Part shown: piece after piece, positions 32,278 through 42,055 of the stretch
Position numbering within the stretch: position 1 is the first letter of the stretch
How the letters are laid out: each line of letters opens with the position of its first letter
From: Candidatus Poribacteria bacterium
GTDB taxonomy: Bacteria; Poribacteria; WGA-4E; PCPOR2b
Assembly (NCBI GenBank): GCA_965198175.1
Contig: OZ240245.1
Location: 2,720,001 to 2,784,000 of the forward strand
Reading direction: 5' to 3'
DNA length: 64,000 nt
Notes under the pieces: model-generated
Databases searched by the model: none
Told to the model about the DNA's origin: nothing
Seen by the model: only the letters and a program-made list of their open reading frames with translations
Program-made: the position numbers and the translations under genes

Positions 32278-35200
32278 ATGGCTACAATCTTACAAATGCT
32301 TTTTGCACTAGTGCTTCATACAGATAATACAAAAGCGGAGGCGAAAATTCTGCTTGATGAAAATGACCACGCGGGTGGATCGACAGAAGCAACGATGGAA
32401 AAGAAGATCGATGCGGATCAGAGCAAACCGGAAGACGGACTTTCACATGAGACAAGAGAAATAGATTTGCTTATGGAAACACAAATGGAGCAATTTAGCA
32501 AAGTCGACGATAAATTTGCTACGGAACAAAATGTCACCAAGATAGTGGAACCTGAAACCGATATGGACCTGAAAATTGAAACGAAGAAATCAGAAGTAGA
32601 TGAAAGACTTATGGGCGCATCTGAACAAGTGGCGGAAGTCGAGGAAGCAGCAGATGGAGAAGTAAGAATACACCCACCAGCTATTGTGGCTGATGAAACG
32701 GGAGCACACGCTAACCAGGAATTTTCTCCTCATCAAGCAGGATTCGAAAGATTAAATGAAGCAGAAATGGATACGGAACGACTAGCCATCGAACTAACGG
32801 GCGGTGAAGAAACACAATTCGTTGAAACTGAAACGGTTTTTGAGATGCCACTGGAAGTAGGTGTCATTGACGAATTGTACAACTTTGTCAACGAGTTTCC
32901 CAACAGCCAAGTAACCAATGTCGAGCAAGCCTCCGTGAGCACTCAGGACAGTGCAGCAGGAGTTAAGAAGGCTGCGATATTTGAGCATCCCCGCGCTGAA
33001 GGCAATGCAAGGATCGAATATGAGCTGATACTCCCCGAGTTAGCTGACGATGAGCAACTCATTCTACATTTCAGCATTGGTCTTAGGGACGGTGTCGATT
33101 TTGACTATCCACTGACGAAACCCGATGGAGTTCGGTTTGCTATCGAGATTTCGAGAGAACAACGCTTTGAAGGTTTCTCGATAGCTTGCCAGTGGGAAGA
33201 ACATGTTCTCAATCTCTCCAAGGACGCCGGACGTCAGATTCAAGTCGCTTTCTTGACCGATTGCAACGAAGTGGGCAACACTAACTACGACTGGGCCGTA
33301 TGGGGAAATCCGCGTCTTCTTAAGCTTTCTCATGCGTCATCGCTAACTGAACCGAGCCAAGCAGAACCAGAGATGATTCGGGGGATTGCTTTGGGCTCAT
33401 CGGGCGGTGAATCGCCTAAATCATTAGCTTCGGAATTTGTCTTGGATGCATACGCGCCAATTTCCGAAATTGCGAATTCGGCTAGCCAACGTCTGCAGCG
33501 TTATAGTGCTGATGCGGCAATCGTAGAGCTTCGGCTGTATGCTGAGCAACCGCAGTTGAAGATCGTGGATGTCGGACCAACAGCGGCACTCGTTACGGCC
33601 GGTGACGATTTTGAACTGCAATGTACAGTTCGAAATAGCGGCTTGATTCCGCTTGTGACCGCCAATCGGGTGAGTGTTTCACTTAATCGAATTAAGCTGA
33701 GACGGGGACAGCACACGCAGACTATCAAACTCCTCAATCCTAGTGAAGCAACTACATTAGTATGGCAGGTTCGGAGTTTTTCCCGTCGAACGGCGACATC
33801 AATTTCTGCTTCGCTTAGGTATCAAACGGAGCAAGGAGAAATCCGCCAAACGGTAGAGAAAGTTATTGAAGTTCGACCGGGAATCTCCAAATTATCCACG
33901 GAAATTTCTCGAGAATTACATACTTGTGAAATGGATGGGCACGTAAATACCGAGAACAGAAACTTACGCGCCCTCTTCGTTCGAGGGTACGAAGGTTTTG
34001 AATACTACTTGCTTTTCGCAGCGAAAAATGGGCATTATCGGCAAGTTGCCGTCTGCAGTGCCATTTCAGAAATTCGTTATCGGGATGCAGAAGGTAATAT
34101 CCAACACACTCGAATTACACCCTCTACTTATCGTCTGTCCGGAAATAGTGAAGGCGATTCAATTGTCTTACTTTCTTGCGAGGAAAAGGATATTGATGGC
34201 GTGCTTTGGTCCTATGAAGTGCGGTTTTCGTTACGGGAAGATTCCAAACTCCTAAAAGCCGAACATCAGCTCGTAACCGATGCAAAGCGAGAATTGATTG
34301 TTTTCAGTGGCCCTATGCTTTATGCAGGGGATGGGACCTTTGGCGACGGAAAAAACGCCGCCCTCTTTCCTGGTCTAGAGTTCCTAGAAAACGGCGAATC
34401 ATCGTCAGACACGCGTGATGCGGCACCGCCGCTCAACAATCGCCTTGTTCCTCATCCGTACAAAATAACCATTCCACTGATGGCAGTTGAACATAATAAG
34501 TCTCTTGTTGGTCTGGTGTGGAATCCGATGGACACATGGGATGGCAAACACAAAACATTATCCGCGGTTTTTGCTTCTCCGAATTGCTATATGCATCAGA
34601 AGAATCACCTGATGGGACTGTTTCTACCCACGCCACCTGATTGGGTTGACGAGAATTCCATGGATGCATCTACGCCATACCCCCTGGAGGCAAATCATCC
34701 TATCATGCTCAAAGCACAGATAATCCTTGATGGAAATGCCTCCATTTTGGACGCAATCTCACTGTGGGTGGATGCTTATGGTATGCCTGACCCCTTAGAA
34801 GCGCCGCGTAGCGACGAAGATGAGCTTTTGCTTTCACGACACGGCTTCATGCAGACGGTTTGGGACGAAGAGACGGGAAAATCTCGACACTGCGTCGATT
34901 GGACACCGGCGAATGCGCCTGGCTTTGCCACCTTGCTATGGTATGATTACCTTGCAACTCGAGATGAGTCAGTAAGGCAGCGCGTTGTTGAGATCGCTGA
35001 AAATACAATTCGTGAGTCAGGAGATGGAAGTTTAATTTCGTCAGCTTTATGTCACATTATAAAATGGGAATTTCCCTTTTACTACGGACACCTTGAAACA
35101 AGTTTGGACCGGCTGAAGGGGGTAACCCGAGGATTAATAGACGCCCAGCAAAGCAATGGGAGCTGGCGGTTCAACCCTTCTACTGATCGCGCAAGAACAT

Positions 35201-36195
35201 TAGGAGAGGCAGGCGACACCGTTTTAGGTATATGTGCACATCCCGCCTTGATGTTGTTAAAACACGCAAGGATTACAGGAGATGAAGAATCATTAGCGGC
35301 TGGTCTCAAAGCGTTGAGGTTTATGGAACGGTTTCAGGTTCCGCGTGGCGCACAGGCGTGGGAATGTCCAATTTACCAACCTGATCTCCTTGCCGCTGCC
35401 CATGCTGTTGCTGCGTACGTTGAAGGCTACGAGATTACTAACGAAAAGATTGATTTGGCGTGCGCAGAATACTGGGCAGAAACAGGACTGCCATTCCTCT
35501 ACTATTGGAATCTACCAGATCGCCCTGGTATGCGTTTCGCCTCCATACCCGTTTTCGGAACGACCTTCCACACTCACCCCTGGTTCGGTGTCCCTGTTCA
35601 GTGGAATGGGTTGGTCTTTGCTTACTATCTCCAACGGCTCGCACCACACAGCAATCGGCAACCTTGGTCGAAAATAGCCGAAAGTATTACTGTGAGTGCA
35701 ATGTATCAGCAGTGGACAGAAGGAGAACTCAAGGGTACATATCCTGATGGCTTCTACGGCTTCTGCACCGAAAGGCGTGGCCCCCATCTGAACCCAGAGA
35801 ATATCATGGTGAATCTCTATGCCTTACGCGGACTAGACCCTGATATTTCGACTGCTATTATCCGATATGACCATGGGCGAATCCACGTGAGCACCGGAGC
35901 AAAAATTGAGTCAGTTGAATGTGATGATTCTGCGAAATTGGATTTTAAGCTGAGATATGTCCAACACGAAACGAGTTATACCATCATCACAGGCTACGGT
36001 AGAAAGCCTGCTGCAATACGGGCTCGAGAGGAAGAAATTGCCGATGTTGATAATCATGAAGCAGTTGAGTCCGGTTGGCTTTATCGAGAGGAGAAGGATA
36101 TCATTTTCATGAAATACAAACATTCCGCTGGAGAGATGCACTTTGAAGTTTTACCACCGGTGCCAAGGGAAGCTAGGGAAGAAATCCCGTCCTAA
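32278..36195 (+). CDS. Large multidomain protein: acidic N-terminus, beta-sandwich/CARDB-like domains, alpha/alpha-barrel glycosidase/lyase-like C-terminus
   Basis: 1305-aa ORF with GGAGG RBS; DGVRF...YDWAVWGNP NPCBM-like segment; Q..NGSW. Confidence 0.8.
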   Translation: MATILQMLFALVLHTDNTKAEAKILLDENDHAGGSTEATMEKKIDADQSKPEDGLSHETREIDLLMETQMEQFSKVDDKFATEQNVTKIVEPETDMDLKIETKKSEVDERLMGASEQVAEVEEAADGEVRIHPPAIVADETGAHANQEFSPHQAGFERLNEAEMDTERLAIELTGGEETQFVETETVFEMPLEVGVIDELYNFVNEFPNSQVTNVEQASVSTQDSAAGVKKAAIFEHPRAEGNARIEYELILPELADDEQLILHFSIGLRDGVDFDYPLTKPDGVRFAIEISREQRFEGFSIACQWEEHVLNLSKDAGRQIQVAFLTDCNEVGNTNYDWAVWGNPRLLKLSHASSLTEPSQAEPEMIRGIALGSSGGESPKSLASEFVLDAYAPISEIANSASQRLQRYSADAAIVELRLYAEQPQLKIVDVGPTAALVTAGDDFELQCTVRNSGLIPLVTANRVSVSLNRIKLRRGQHTQTIKLLNPSEATTLVWQVRSFSRRTATSISASLRYQTEQGEIRQTVEKVIEVRPGISKLSTEISRELHTCEMDGHVNTENRNLRALFVRGYEGFEYYLLFAAKNGHYRQVAVCSAISEIRYRDAEGNIQHTRITPSTYRLSGNSEGDSIVLLSCEEKDIDGVLWSYEVRFSLREDSKLLKAEHQLVTDAKRELIVFSGPMLYAGDGTFGDGKNAALFPGLEFLENGESSSDTRDAAPPLNNRLVPHPYKITIPLMAVEHNKSLVGLVWNPMDTWDGKHKTLSAVFASPNCYMHQKNHLMGLFLPTPPDWVDENSMDASTPYPLEANHPIMLKAQIILDGNASILDAISLWVDAYGMPDPLEAPRSDEDELLLSRHGFMQTVWDEETGKSRHCVDWTPANAPGFATLLWYDYLATRDESVRQRVVEIAENTIRESGDGSLISSALCHIIKWEFPFYYGHLETSLDRLKGVTRGLIDAQQSNGSWRFNPSTDRARTLGEAGDTVLGICAHPALMLLKHARITGDEESLAAGLKALRFMERFQVPRGAQAWECPIYQPDLLAAAHAVAAYVEGYEITNEKIDLACAEYWAETGLPFLYYWNLPDRPGMRFASIPVFGTTFHTHPWFGVPVQWNGLVFAYYLQRLAPHSNRQPWSKIAESITVSAMYQQWTEGELKGTYPDGFYGFCTERRGPHLNPENIMVNLYALRGLDPDISTAIIRYDHGRIHVSTGAKIESVECDDSAKLDFKLRYVQHETSYTIITGYGRKPAAIRAREEEIADVDNHEAVESGWLYREEKDIIFMKYKHSAGEMHFEVLPPVPREAREEIPS

Positions 36196-36239
36196 GATGA
36201 TTTTATTACTCCTGCATTGCTAGCAAGTGTGCCACGGCT

Positions 36240-37289
36240 TCAATCTGAGATATTTAGCCCAAGACTTGCCGCCGTTTCAACCATCTCTTGCCAGACGCTA
36301 TCTTCAACCGGAATGCCTTCAGCACGACGACGTTGTGCGGTGCGATACTCCGGCTCACCGGGGAAAAGTATTTCATTCACACCAGGTTGCTTTCGGGAGG
36401 ACTTCATCCATGCGATTTGTTCTTGAACCGTTTGGATGAAATCTTCAAGCGGGAGGAAAGCTTCGATGTTGATGGCTTGGAAGAATATTCCATTACCCTT
36501 GATTGCCTCCTCCGGACCGTTACAACCTACACCGGACAACGCTCCCGCGAGCAATGTGGCTACTATACTCAACCCGTACCCCTTGTGTCCCATAACACCA
36601 CCCAAGGGCAAGATTGCGCCCGTTGGTGGACCGTAGAAAGCGTCGGGATCTGTAGTTGGATTTCCTTCGGAATCAATGATGCACTCCTCTGGTAGGGATT
36701 TGCCCGCGTATTGTGCGGCACGAATCTTGCCTTCAGGCACAACGGATGTGGTAACGTCTACGAGCACAGGCCACGTTTCACCACTCGGCATTGCGAATGC
36801 TAGCGGATTCGGGGACAATCGCCGATCGATCCCACCCCACGGCGTCATTAATCCGGGGGTCCCATATGAGTTGATAGCAGCCATACCAATCATCTGTTCT
36901 GTAGCAGCCATAGTTGGATATTCGCCCACTCGGCCCACATGATGGCTACCGCGCACGACGACCGTACCAATTGAATACTTTCGTGCCTTGTCAACTGCAA
37001 GCTGCATCGCCTTGTGTGCAATCACCATGCCCCAACCGGAGTGACCGTTGACCACTGCAGAAGCATGCATTTCTCGTTCAATTCCAAAGCGTGCCCCCGG
37101 ATGAATCTCGCCGTTCCGAATATCTTCGACGTACTGTGCGATTCGTAATACCCCGTGAGAATCATGACCCATTAAGTTCGAGCGGACAAGCACTTCGCTT
37201 ACGATAACCGATTCTTCATGCGGGGAACCAGCCGCATCTAAAATCTTAGCGCTAATCTGCTGCAGTTCGGCTGCTGAGAAATACTTCAC
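36240..37289 (-). CDS. Ldh_2 (malate/L-lactate/ureidoglycolate-type) oxidoreductase
   Basis: GHDSHGVLR, HVGRVG, NPLAFAMP, GHKGYGL, LFPGEPE. Confidence 0.92.
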   Translation of the reverse strand: MKYFSAAELQQISAKILDAAGSPHEESVIVSEVLVRSNLMGHDSHGVLRIAQYVEDIRNGEIHPGARFGIEREMHASAVVNGHSGWGMVIAHKAMQLAVDKARKYSIGTVVVRGSHHVGRVGEYPTMAATEQMIGMAAINSYGTPGLMTPWGGIDRRLSPNPLAFAMPSGETWPVLVDVTTSVVPEGKIRAAQYAGKSLPEECIIDSEGNPTTDPDAFYGPPTGAILPLGGVMGHKGYGLSIVATLLAGALSGVGCNGPEEAIKGNGIFFQAINIEAFLPLEDFIQTVQEQIAWMKSSRKQPGVNEILFPGEPEYRTAQRRRAEGIPVEDSVWQEMVETAASLGLNISD

Positions 37290-37432
37290 GCGATTTTCCT
37301 CCAGGTTAAACAGTTACTAATCATAATTCAGGATGAGCACAACTGTAGTCTAGGCGCTTATCCCCGTATTGATGCCTATAAGGAACGAGGCTATGATCAC
37401 TCACCAGACAGACAGTTATGACTAAGTCATAG

Positions 37433-38311
37433 TTAGGCAATACCGATAATTTGGCGTGCCTCGTCCGGCGTGGCAATCTCGCGCCCAAGCTCACGGGCGA
37501 TGCGTACAATCTTCTCGACCAACACAGCATTGGTCTCAGCCAGCGATCCATCCGGCAAGTATGGATTGTCTTCCCAGCCTACGCGGACGTGACCCCCAAG
37601 CATGATTGCCAAGGTCAACAGTTGCCAGTGTGTTGGTGCATCCATCACACTGAGATTCCAGTTAATCTTGAGGTTCGTAGGCAGATGGTCCACCATGCCA
37701 ATCAACGCCTTCGGTGTGGGAGGCGTCCAACAACCCCCTTTCCAACCAACCAACAGGGTTGTCCAGATTGGATCTGGCAGCAGCCCTTGGTCGGCAATAA
37801 AATTCATGTTCCAAAACGCTCCCGTTTGAAACGATTCGACTTCAACCTTTACGCCGTGTTCAATCGCCGCACGGCCATAGGATGCCAGTTCATCTCTGGG
37901 GTGAGACGCGTACATCTCGTTGGGCGGGTAGTTGGGGTCAGGTTGGAAGAATTCATCGTGGGCGTTGAAGGCAATCGCCATCATATCAGGCTTGAGGTTC
38001 ATCAGGTTGACCTTCTCTTCAATCCTGGCACTCGCGACGCCAAATTGCATGACTGGATCGCAGCTGGCTTTGATTCGTTCTTGTAATCCCTTCCAGCCCT
38101 CAAAATCAAGCTTTGATACTTGGCGGCCGTCAGATTGAATCTCGCGCTCAAGGGAGCGCACACCGTGAATGTGAGTGATGCTTGCCCCAGCGTTAACGGC
38201 ACGGATATATTCTGCCGCGACCTTGTCCAGCTCCCTTTGCGGTGGACACAAGTTGTTGCCAGGATATGACACAGTCGAGTCGACAGTGACGGTGATAATG
38301 AGCTTGTCCAT
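37433..38311 (-). CDS. Beta-keto acid cleavage enzyme (BKACE/Kce, DUF849)
   Basis: KLIITV, AGASITHIH, GGHVRVGWEDN, GREIATPDEAR. Confidence 0.92.
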   Translation of the reverse strand: MDKLIITVTVDSTVSYPGNNLCPPQRELDKVAAEYIRAVNAGASITHIHGVRSLEREIQSDGRQVSKLDFEGWKGLQERIKASCDPVMQFGVASARIEEKVNLMNLKPDMMAIAFNAHDEFFQPDPNYPPNEMYASHPRDELASYGRAAIEHGVKVEVESFQTGAFWNMNFIADQGLLPDPIWTTLLVGWKGGCWTPPTPKALIGMVDHLPTNLKINWNLSVMDAPTHWQLLTLAIMLGGHVRVGWEDNPYLPDGSLAETNAVLVEKIVRIARELGREIATPDEARQIIGIA

Positions 38312-38379
38312 CCGATTCTCCTTTCAAATTGTCACGAAGAGGAACCGAGTTTCTTGAAGAAATTCGGTTCCTCTTGTAT

Positions 38380-39414
38380 TCATTCAGAGACACTAATGAC
38401 GATTTTACCTTGCGCCTCCCCACGACGCATGAATGCCAGCGCCTCGTTTATCTCTGCCAGCAGAAACCGGTGCGCAATCCAGGGTGTGATAATTCCGGCG
38501 CCCACCATGGCAATGGCATCAATGATATCCTGACGCGAACCATTGCGTGAGCCAATAATCTCAAGCTCCCGCTGCGCAATTTGGGTGGAGTTAATCTTCG
38601 GAAATTCCGGCTCCTCGCCAATCACGACAATTCGCCCACCGCGCATGACATAATCAGCGGCTGCTTTTAGCGTCGAAGAGAAACCGACGACGTCGAAGAC
38701 ACACTGGACGCCATCGCCGCCTGCTAATGCCTTGATTTGTTGAATCGCATCCGCCGCATCCACATTGAGAACAAGATCTGCGCCAAGCTGGCTGGCAATT
38801 TCCAGTTTGGCTTCCGAACGGTCAATCGCAATCACTTGTACGCGGGCGACTTTCAGAATCTGGATTAAGTTTTGCCCAACGTTGCCTGCGCCTAACACCA
38901 CAGCGGCGTCATTCAGGCGTAGTTGCGATCGACGGAAGGCGTGTAGCGCGGTGATTACGGCGCAACTGATCAAGCCCCCCTGTTCGAATGGCGTCTGTTC
39001 AGGCAATACAAACAGATTCTTCGCGGGCGCCACGAAATAGTCCGCAAACCCGCCGTTGACGGTTGTGCCAAACACGTTGGGTTGAACACAGAGCGGTTCT
39101 CGACCGGCCCGGCAGTAGTAGCACTGTCCGCAAGAAAAGAAATCGTGTGGAACAACAGATTTCCCCACTTCCAAATGCGTTACGTTTCGACCAGTTTGAA
39201 CCACAATACCGGCAGCCTCATGTCCAAGTGTGTGCGGCAGCACCTGCAGTTGTCCCAAGCCATCGATTTTGTGGAGATCGGTTCGGCAAAGGCCGCACGT
39301 TCTGGTTTGTACCAGAGCCTCGTCATCGCTGATTTCTGGAGTGGGCACCTCATCTATCTGTAACAGTCCGCCAATTCTGTGCAGTCGTGCAGCTCGCATA
39401 GTTCTATCCTCCAT
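38380..39414 (-). CDS. Zn-dependent alcohol dehydrogenase
   Basis: GLCRTDLH, GHEAAG, CGQCYYC...C, GAGNVG. Confidence 0.93.
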   Translation of the reverse strand: MEDRTMRAARLHRIGGLLQIDEVPTPEISDDEALVQTRTCGLCRTDLHKIDGLGQLQVLPHTLGHEAAGIVVQTGRNVTHLEVGKSVVPHDFFSCGQCYYCRAGREPLCVQPNVFGTTVNGGFADYFVAPAKNLFVLPEQTPFEQGGLISCAVITALHAFRRSQLRLNDAAVVLGAGNVGQNLIQILKVARVQVIAIDRSEAKLEIASQLGADLVLNVDAADAIQQIKALAGGDGVQCVFDVVGFSSTLKAAADYVMRGGRIVVIGEEPEFPKINSTQIAQRELEIIGSRNGSRQDIIDAIAMVGAGIITPWIAHRFLLAEINEALAFMRRGEAQGKIVISVSE

Positions 39415-39518
39415 GAGATGGGGGTGGTAATGATCACTATCTCAGTCCAAAAGCGCCCTATCCCGAAAATGACCAGGCCACCGTTAGATGAACTGCAGGT
39501 GCGACGTATACGTCGTTT

Positions 39519-40370
39519 TCATGGTTTCAAGGCGAGGATGCGATCGAGAATGCCTTTGCTCTCTGAAAGCACTTTGCGGGGGTCACTTTCATAGCCCCAT
39601 GCGAAAGCCTCGTATTCGATCGAGATGTAACCGTCGTAGCCGGCGGCGACCATTGTACCCAACAACCCATCGAAATCAACATCGCCTTGCCCCAGCGGTG
39701 GGAACTCAAAATCCTCCAGATTGCCCTTCGCGTCCTTGGCGTGCACGTGCACCACTCGCTGGCTCAACGCCCTGTAAGCCTCAACTACTGAATCTCCCCG
39801 CACCTGATAGTGGCCCGAGTCAAACAGAACTCCCAAAGTTTCCAGGCCATCGTGACTCAGCAGGTACTGCATGCGGCTGAGATTATGCAGGAGGGAACCG
39901 GGAAAACTACCTGCTTCCACTGCCAGATTCACCCCCAAACGGGTTGCATTGACCGTCAGGTGCCGCAATGCAGTTACTAGCTTTTCCCAGTATTGGCTTT
40001 CCCGACCATAAAATTCCTTCCGTCCCCCACCGACGACTACATATCTGGCGCCGAGATCCATCGCGAGCTCCAGCGCTTTCTTCACGAATTCTAGGTTCGC
40101 TTGTCTGGCCTCGGGGACAGCGTGAATCAGGTTGGTGTGTGCGTTCAACGCGACGATGACCACGCCGGCTTGTTCTGCATGCTTGCGCACTCGACTTCTT
40201 GCCTTCGCTCCCGCCTGTGGACTCATGTGCGGTAGAGGCGGTGGCAAGAACGGCGGCGCCTTCTCAAGACTGATGTCAATGCCCTGATAGTCTTGGTCTG
40301 CGAGTATATCAATAGCCCGTTCGATAGCGAACTGACTTAAGAGACCGGAATTGCAACTCAGACCTTTCAT
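39519..40370 (-). CDS. Sugar phosphate isomerase/epimerase
   Basis: FDSGH, HVHAKD, PLGQGDVDF, GYDGYISIEYE. Confidence 0.9.
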   Translation of the reverse strand: MKGLSCNSGLLSQFAIERAIDILADQDYQGIDISLEKAPPFLPPPLPHMSPQAGAKARSRVRKHAEQAGVVIVALNAHTNLIHAVPEARQANLEFVKKALELAMDLGARYVVVGGGRKEFYGRESQYWEKLVTALRHLTVNATRLGVNLAVEAGSFPGSLLHNLSRMQYLLSHDGLETLGVLFDSGHYQVRGDSVVEAYRALSQRVVHVHAKDAKGNLEDFEFPPLGQGDVDFDGLLGTMVAAGYDGYISIEYEAFAWGYESDPRKVLSESKGILDRILALKP

Positions 40371-40686
40371 CTCATGTTTTCTCTTACGCTGTCCTGTCAA
40401 TACTTATTGGGCAATAAATGAGACAATCTGACTTAGGTTCGTAGTGAGCAATTTATTGCCGTCTTCCCCGTTGCAAACGGCGGTTCATCGCCCCGATAAA
40501 CCGGGATTTCGCTACGCTAGAAACTCGATTACAAACGGTTATTGCGCTTATGTTTGGATGCCACTCTACTGAACAATGCCATCCGACGGCATCTTCACCC
40601 ACACCGACCTAGGGTTTAAACATACCCTCTGAAAGAGACTTGGTAGCGGGAAAAACAAGCCTCATCCATTAGCAATTCGCAGTCGC

Positions 40687-41655
40687 CTACTCGACCGATG
40701 TGATGAGATGCAGCGGTGTCAAGCCTCTAGCGACACGGTCGACATTCTCAGCTACTGCCTTCCCACGTCGCCGCGTGGTTTCCCTGGTTACTCCGGCGAT
40801 GTGCGGCGTACAAATCACGTTATCCATCTGTAGCAGCGGGTGCGCCGCATCCAGCGGTTCATGAGCAAACGCATCCAGACCGGCGGCTCTAATCCCTCCG
40901 GTCCGCAATGTCTCAATTAAAGCTGCCTCATCGACAATTTCACCGCGTGCGATGTTTATCAACACCGCCGTCGGCTTCATTAGCTCCAATGCATGTCGGT
41001 CGATCAGATGCCGGGTCTTCGAGGTAAGTGGTGTGTGGAGTGATAGATAATCCGCCTCGCTCAACACCTGATTCAACTGACTCGAATCCCCAAATAACTC
41101 AACGTGCAGTTCATCACGAATTGCTTGAGGAACATCAACGATATCAATCGCCACCAGTCGCATGCCCATCGCGTGAGCGCGCTTAGCAAGTTCACGCCCA
41201 CTTGCGCCCAACCCAACTAACCCCAGCGTTTTTCCTCCTATCTCATCATTCAGCGGCAGGCTGAAAATTTCCGAGCGGATATTCTCTTGAGCTGTAGGGT
41301 AGTTTTTAGCAATCAGCAGCATCAAGGAAAGCGCATGTTCTGCCAGAGCGACCGCACTAAAAGCACCAGGTGTGTTCGCAAATGGCAAACCCTTTTCTAG
41401 GAAGTAGGATACGTCCCAGGCGTTTAGACCGACAGCCATCACTTGCCACAACTTCACCCCCGCATCCACCGCCGCATCAACCATCTCCCGCGTGCAGCCA
41501 ACACACTCCACCACCACGTCGACAGCCTTGAATTGATCTGCCATGGGCTGAGCCGGATCGTAGATTTCACTCGGATACCGCCCGTCTATCGCTGCAACAA
41601 CGCCATCGTACCAATAACCCATGTGTGGCGGGAAAGGGAGAAAGAGCACTTTCAT
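40687..41655 (-). CDS. D-2-hydroxyacid dehydrogenase
   Basis: GLGASG, SLHTPLT, INIARG, AGLDAF..EP, TPHIAG. Confidence 0.92.
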   Translation of the reverse strand: MKVLFLPFPPHMGYWYDGVVAAIDGRYPSEIYDPAQPMADQFKAVDVVVECVGCTREMVDAAVDAGVKLWQVMAVGLNAWDVSYFLEKGLPFANTPGAFSAVALAEHALSLMLLIAKNYPTAQENIRSEIFSLPLNDEIGGKTLGLVGLGASGRELAKRAHAMGMRLVAIDIVDVPQAIRDELHVELFGDSSQLNQVLSEADYLSLHTPLTSKTRHLIDRHALELMKPTAVLINIARGEIVDEAALIETLRTGGIRAAGLDAFAHEPLDAAHPLLQMDNVICTPHIAGVTRETTRRRGKAVAENVDRVARGLTPLHLITSVE

Positions 41656-42055
41656 TAAATAGACCTCCTGTAAAACTTCACCATCAGAACTCATGCAAGG
41701 GACATCTAAAGCATTTCCAAAATTAAACCAACCCACAACAGATAGCATTAGGAGTAAAAAAAGGGGTGCGCTAGTCGGGCGTATTGTCGCCCCTTAAGAC
41801 GCGCAATGAATTTCGGCACTGCAAACGCTAGTCGAAATTGAGAAACTGACTACTAATGCCTAACCCCCATTTCGATCGCCCTGTCGAGGTCTAATGATGA
41901 CACCAAATCTATCATGGGACAAAGGTTCTGTCAAGCCTTTTTTAGAACCTGCATTGCTGCGACTGTCACGCATGATTCGTTTTAACCCCATAAATTTTAA
42001 CTAAACTTGGTGATAGCGCTCTTTGTCCATGGACCGAAAGGAAGCTCCACTTGTT

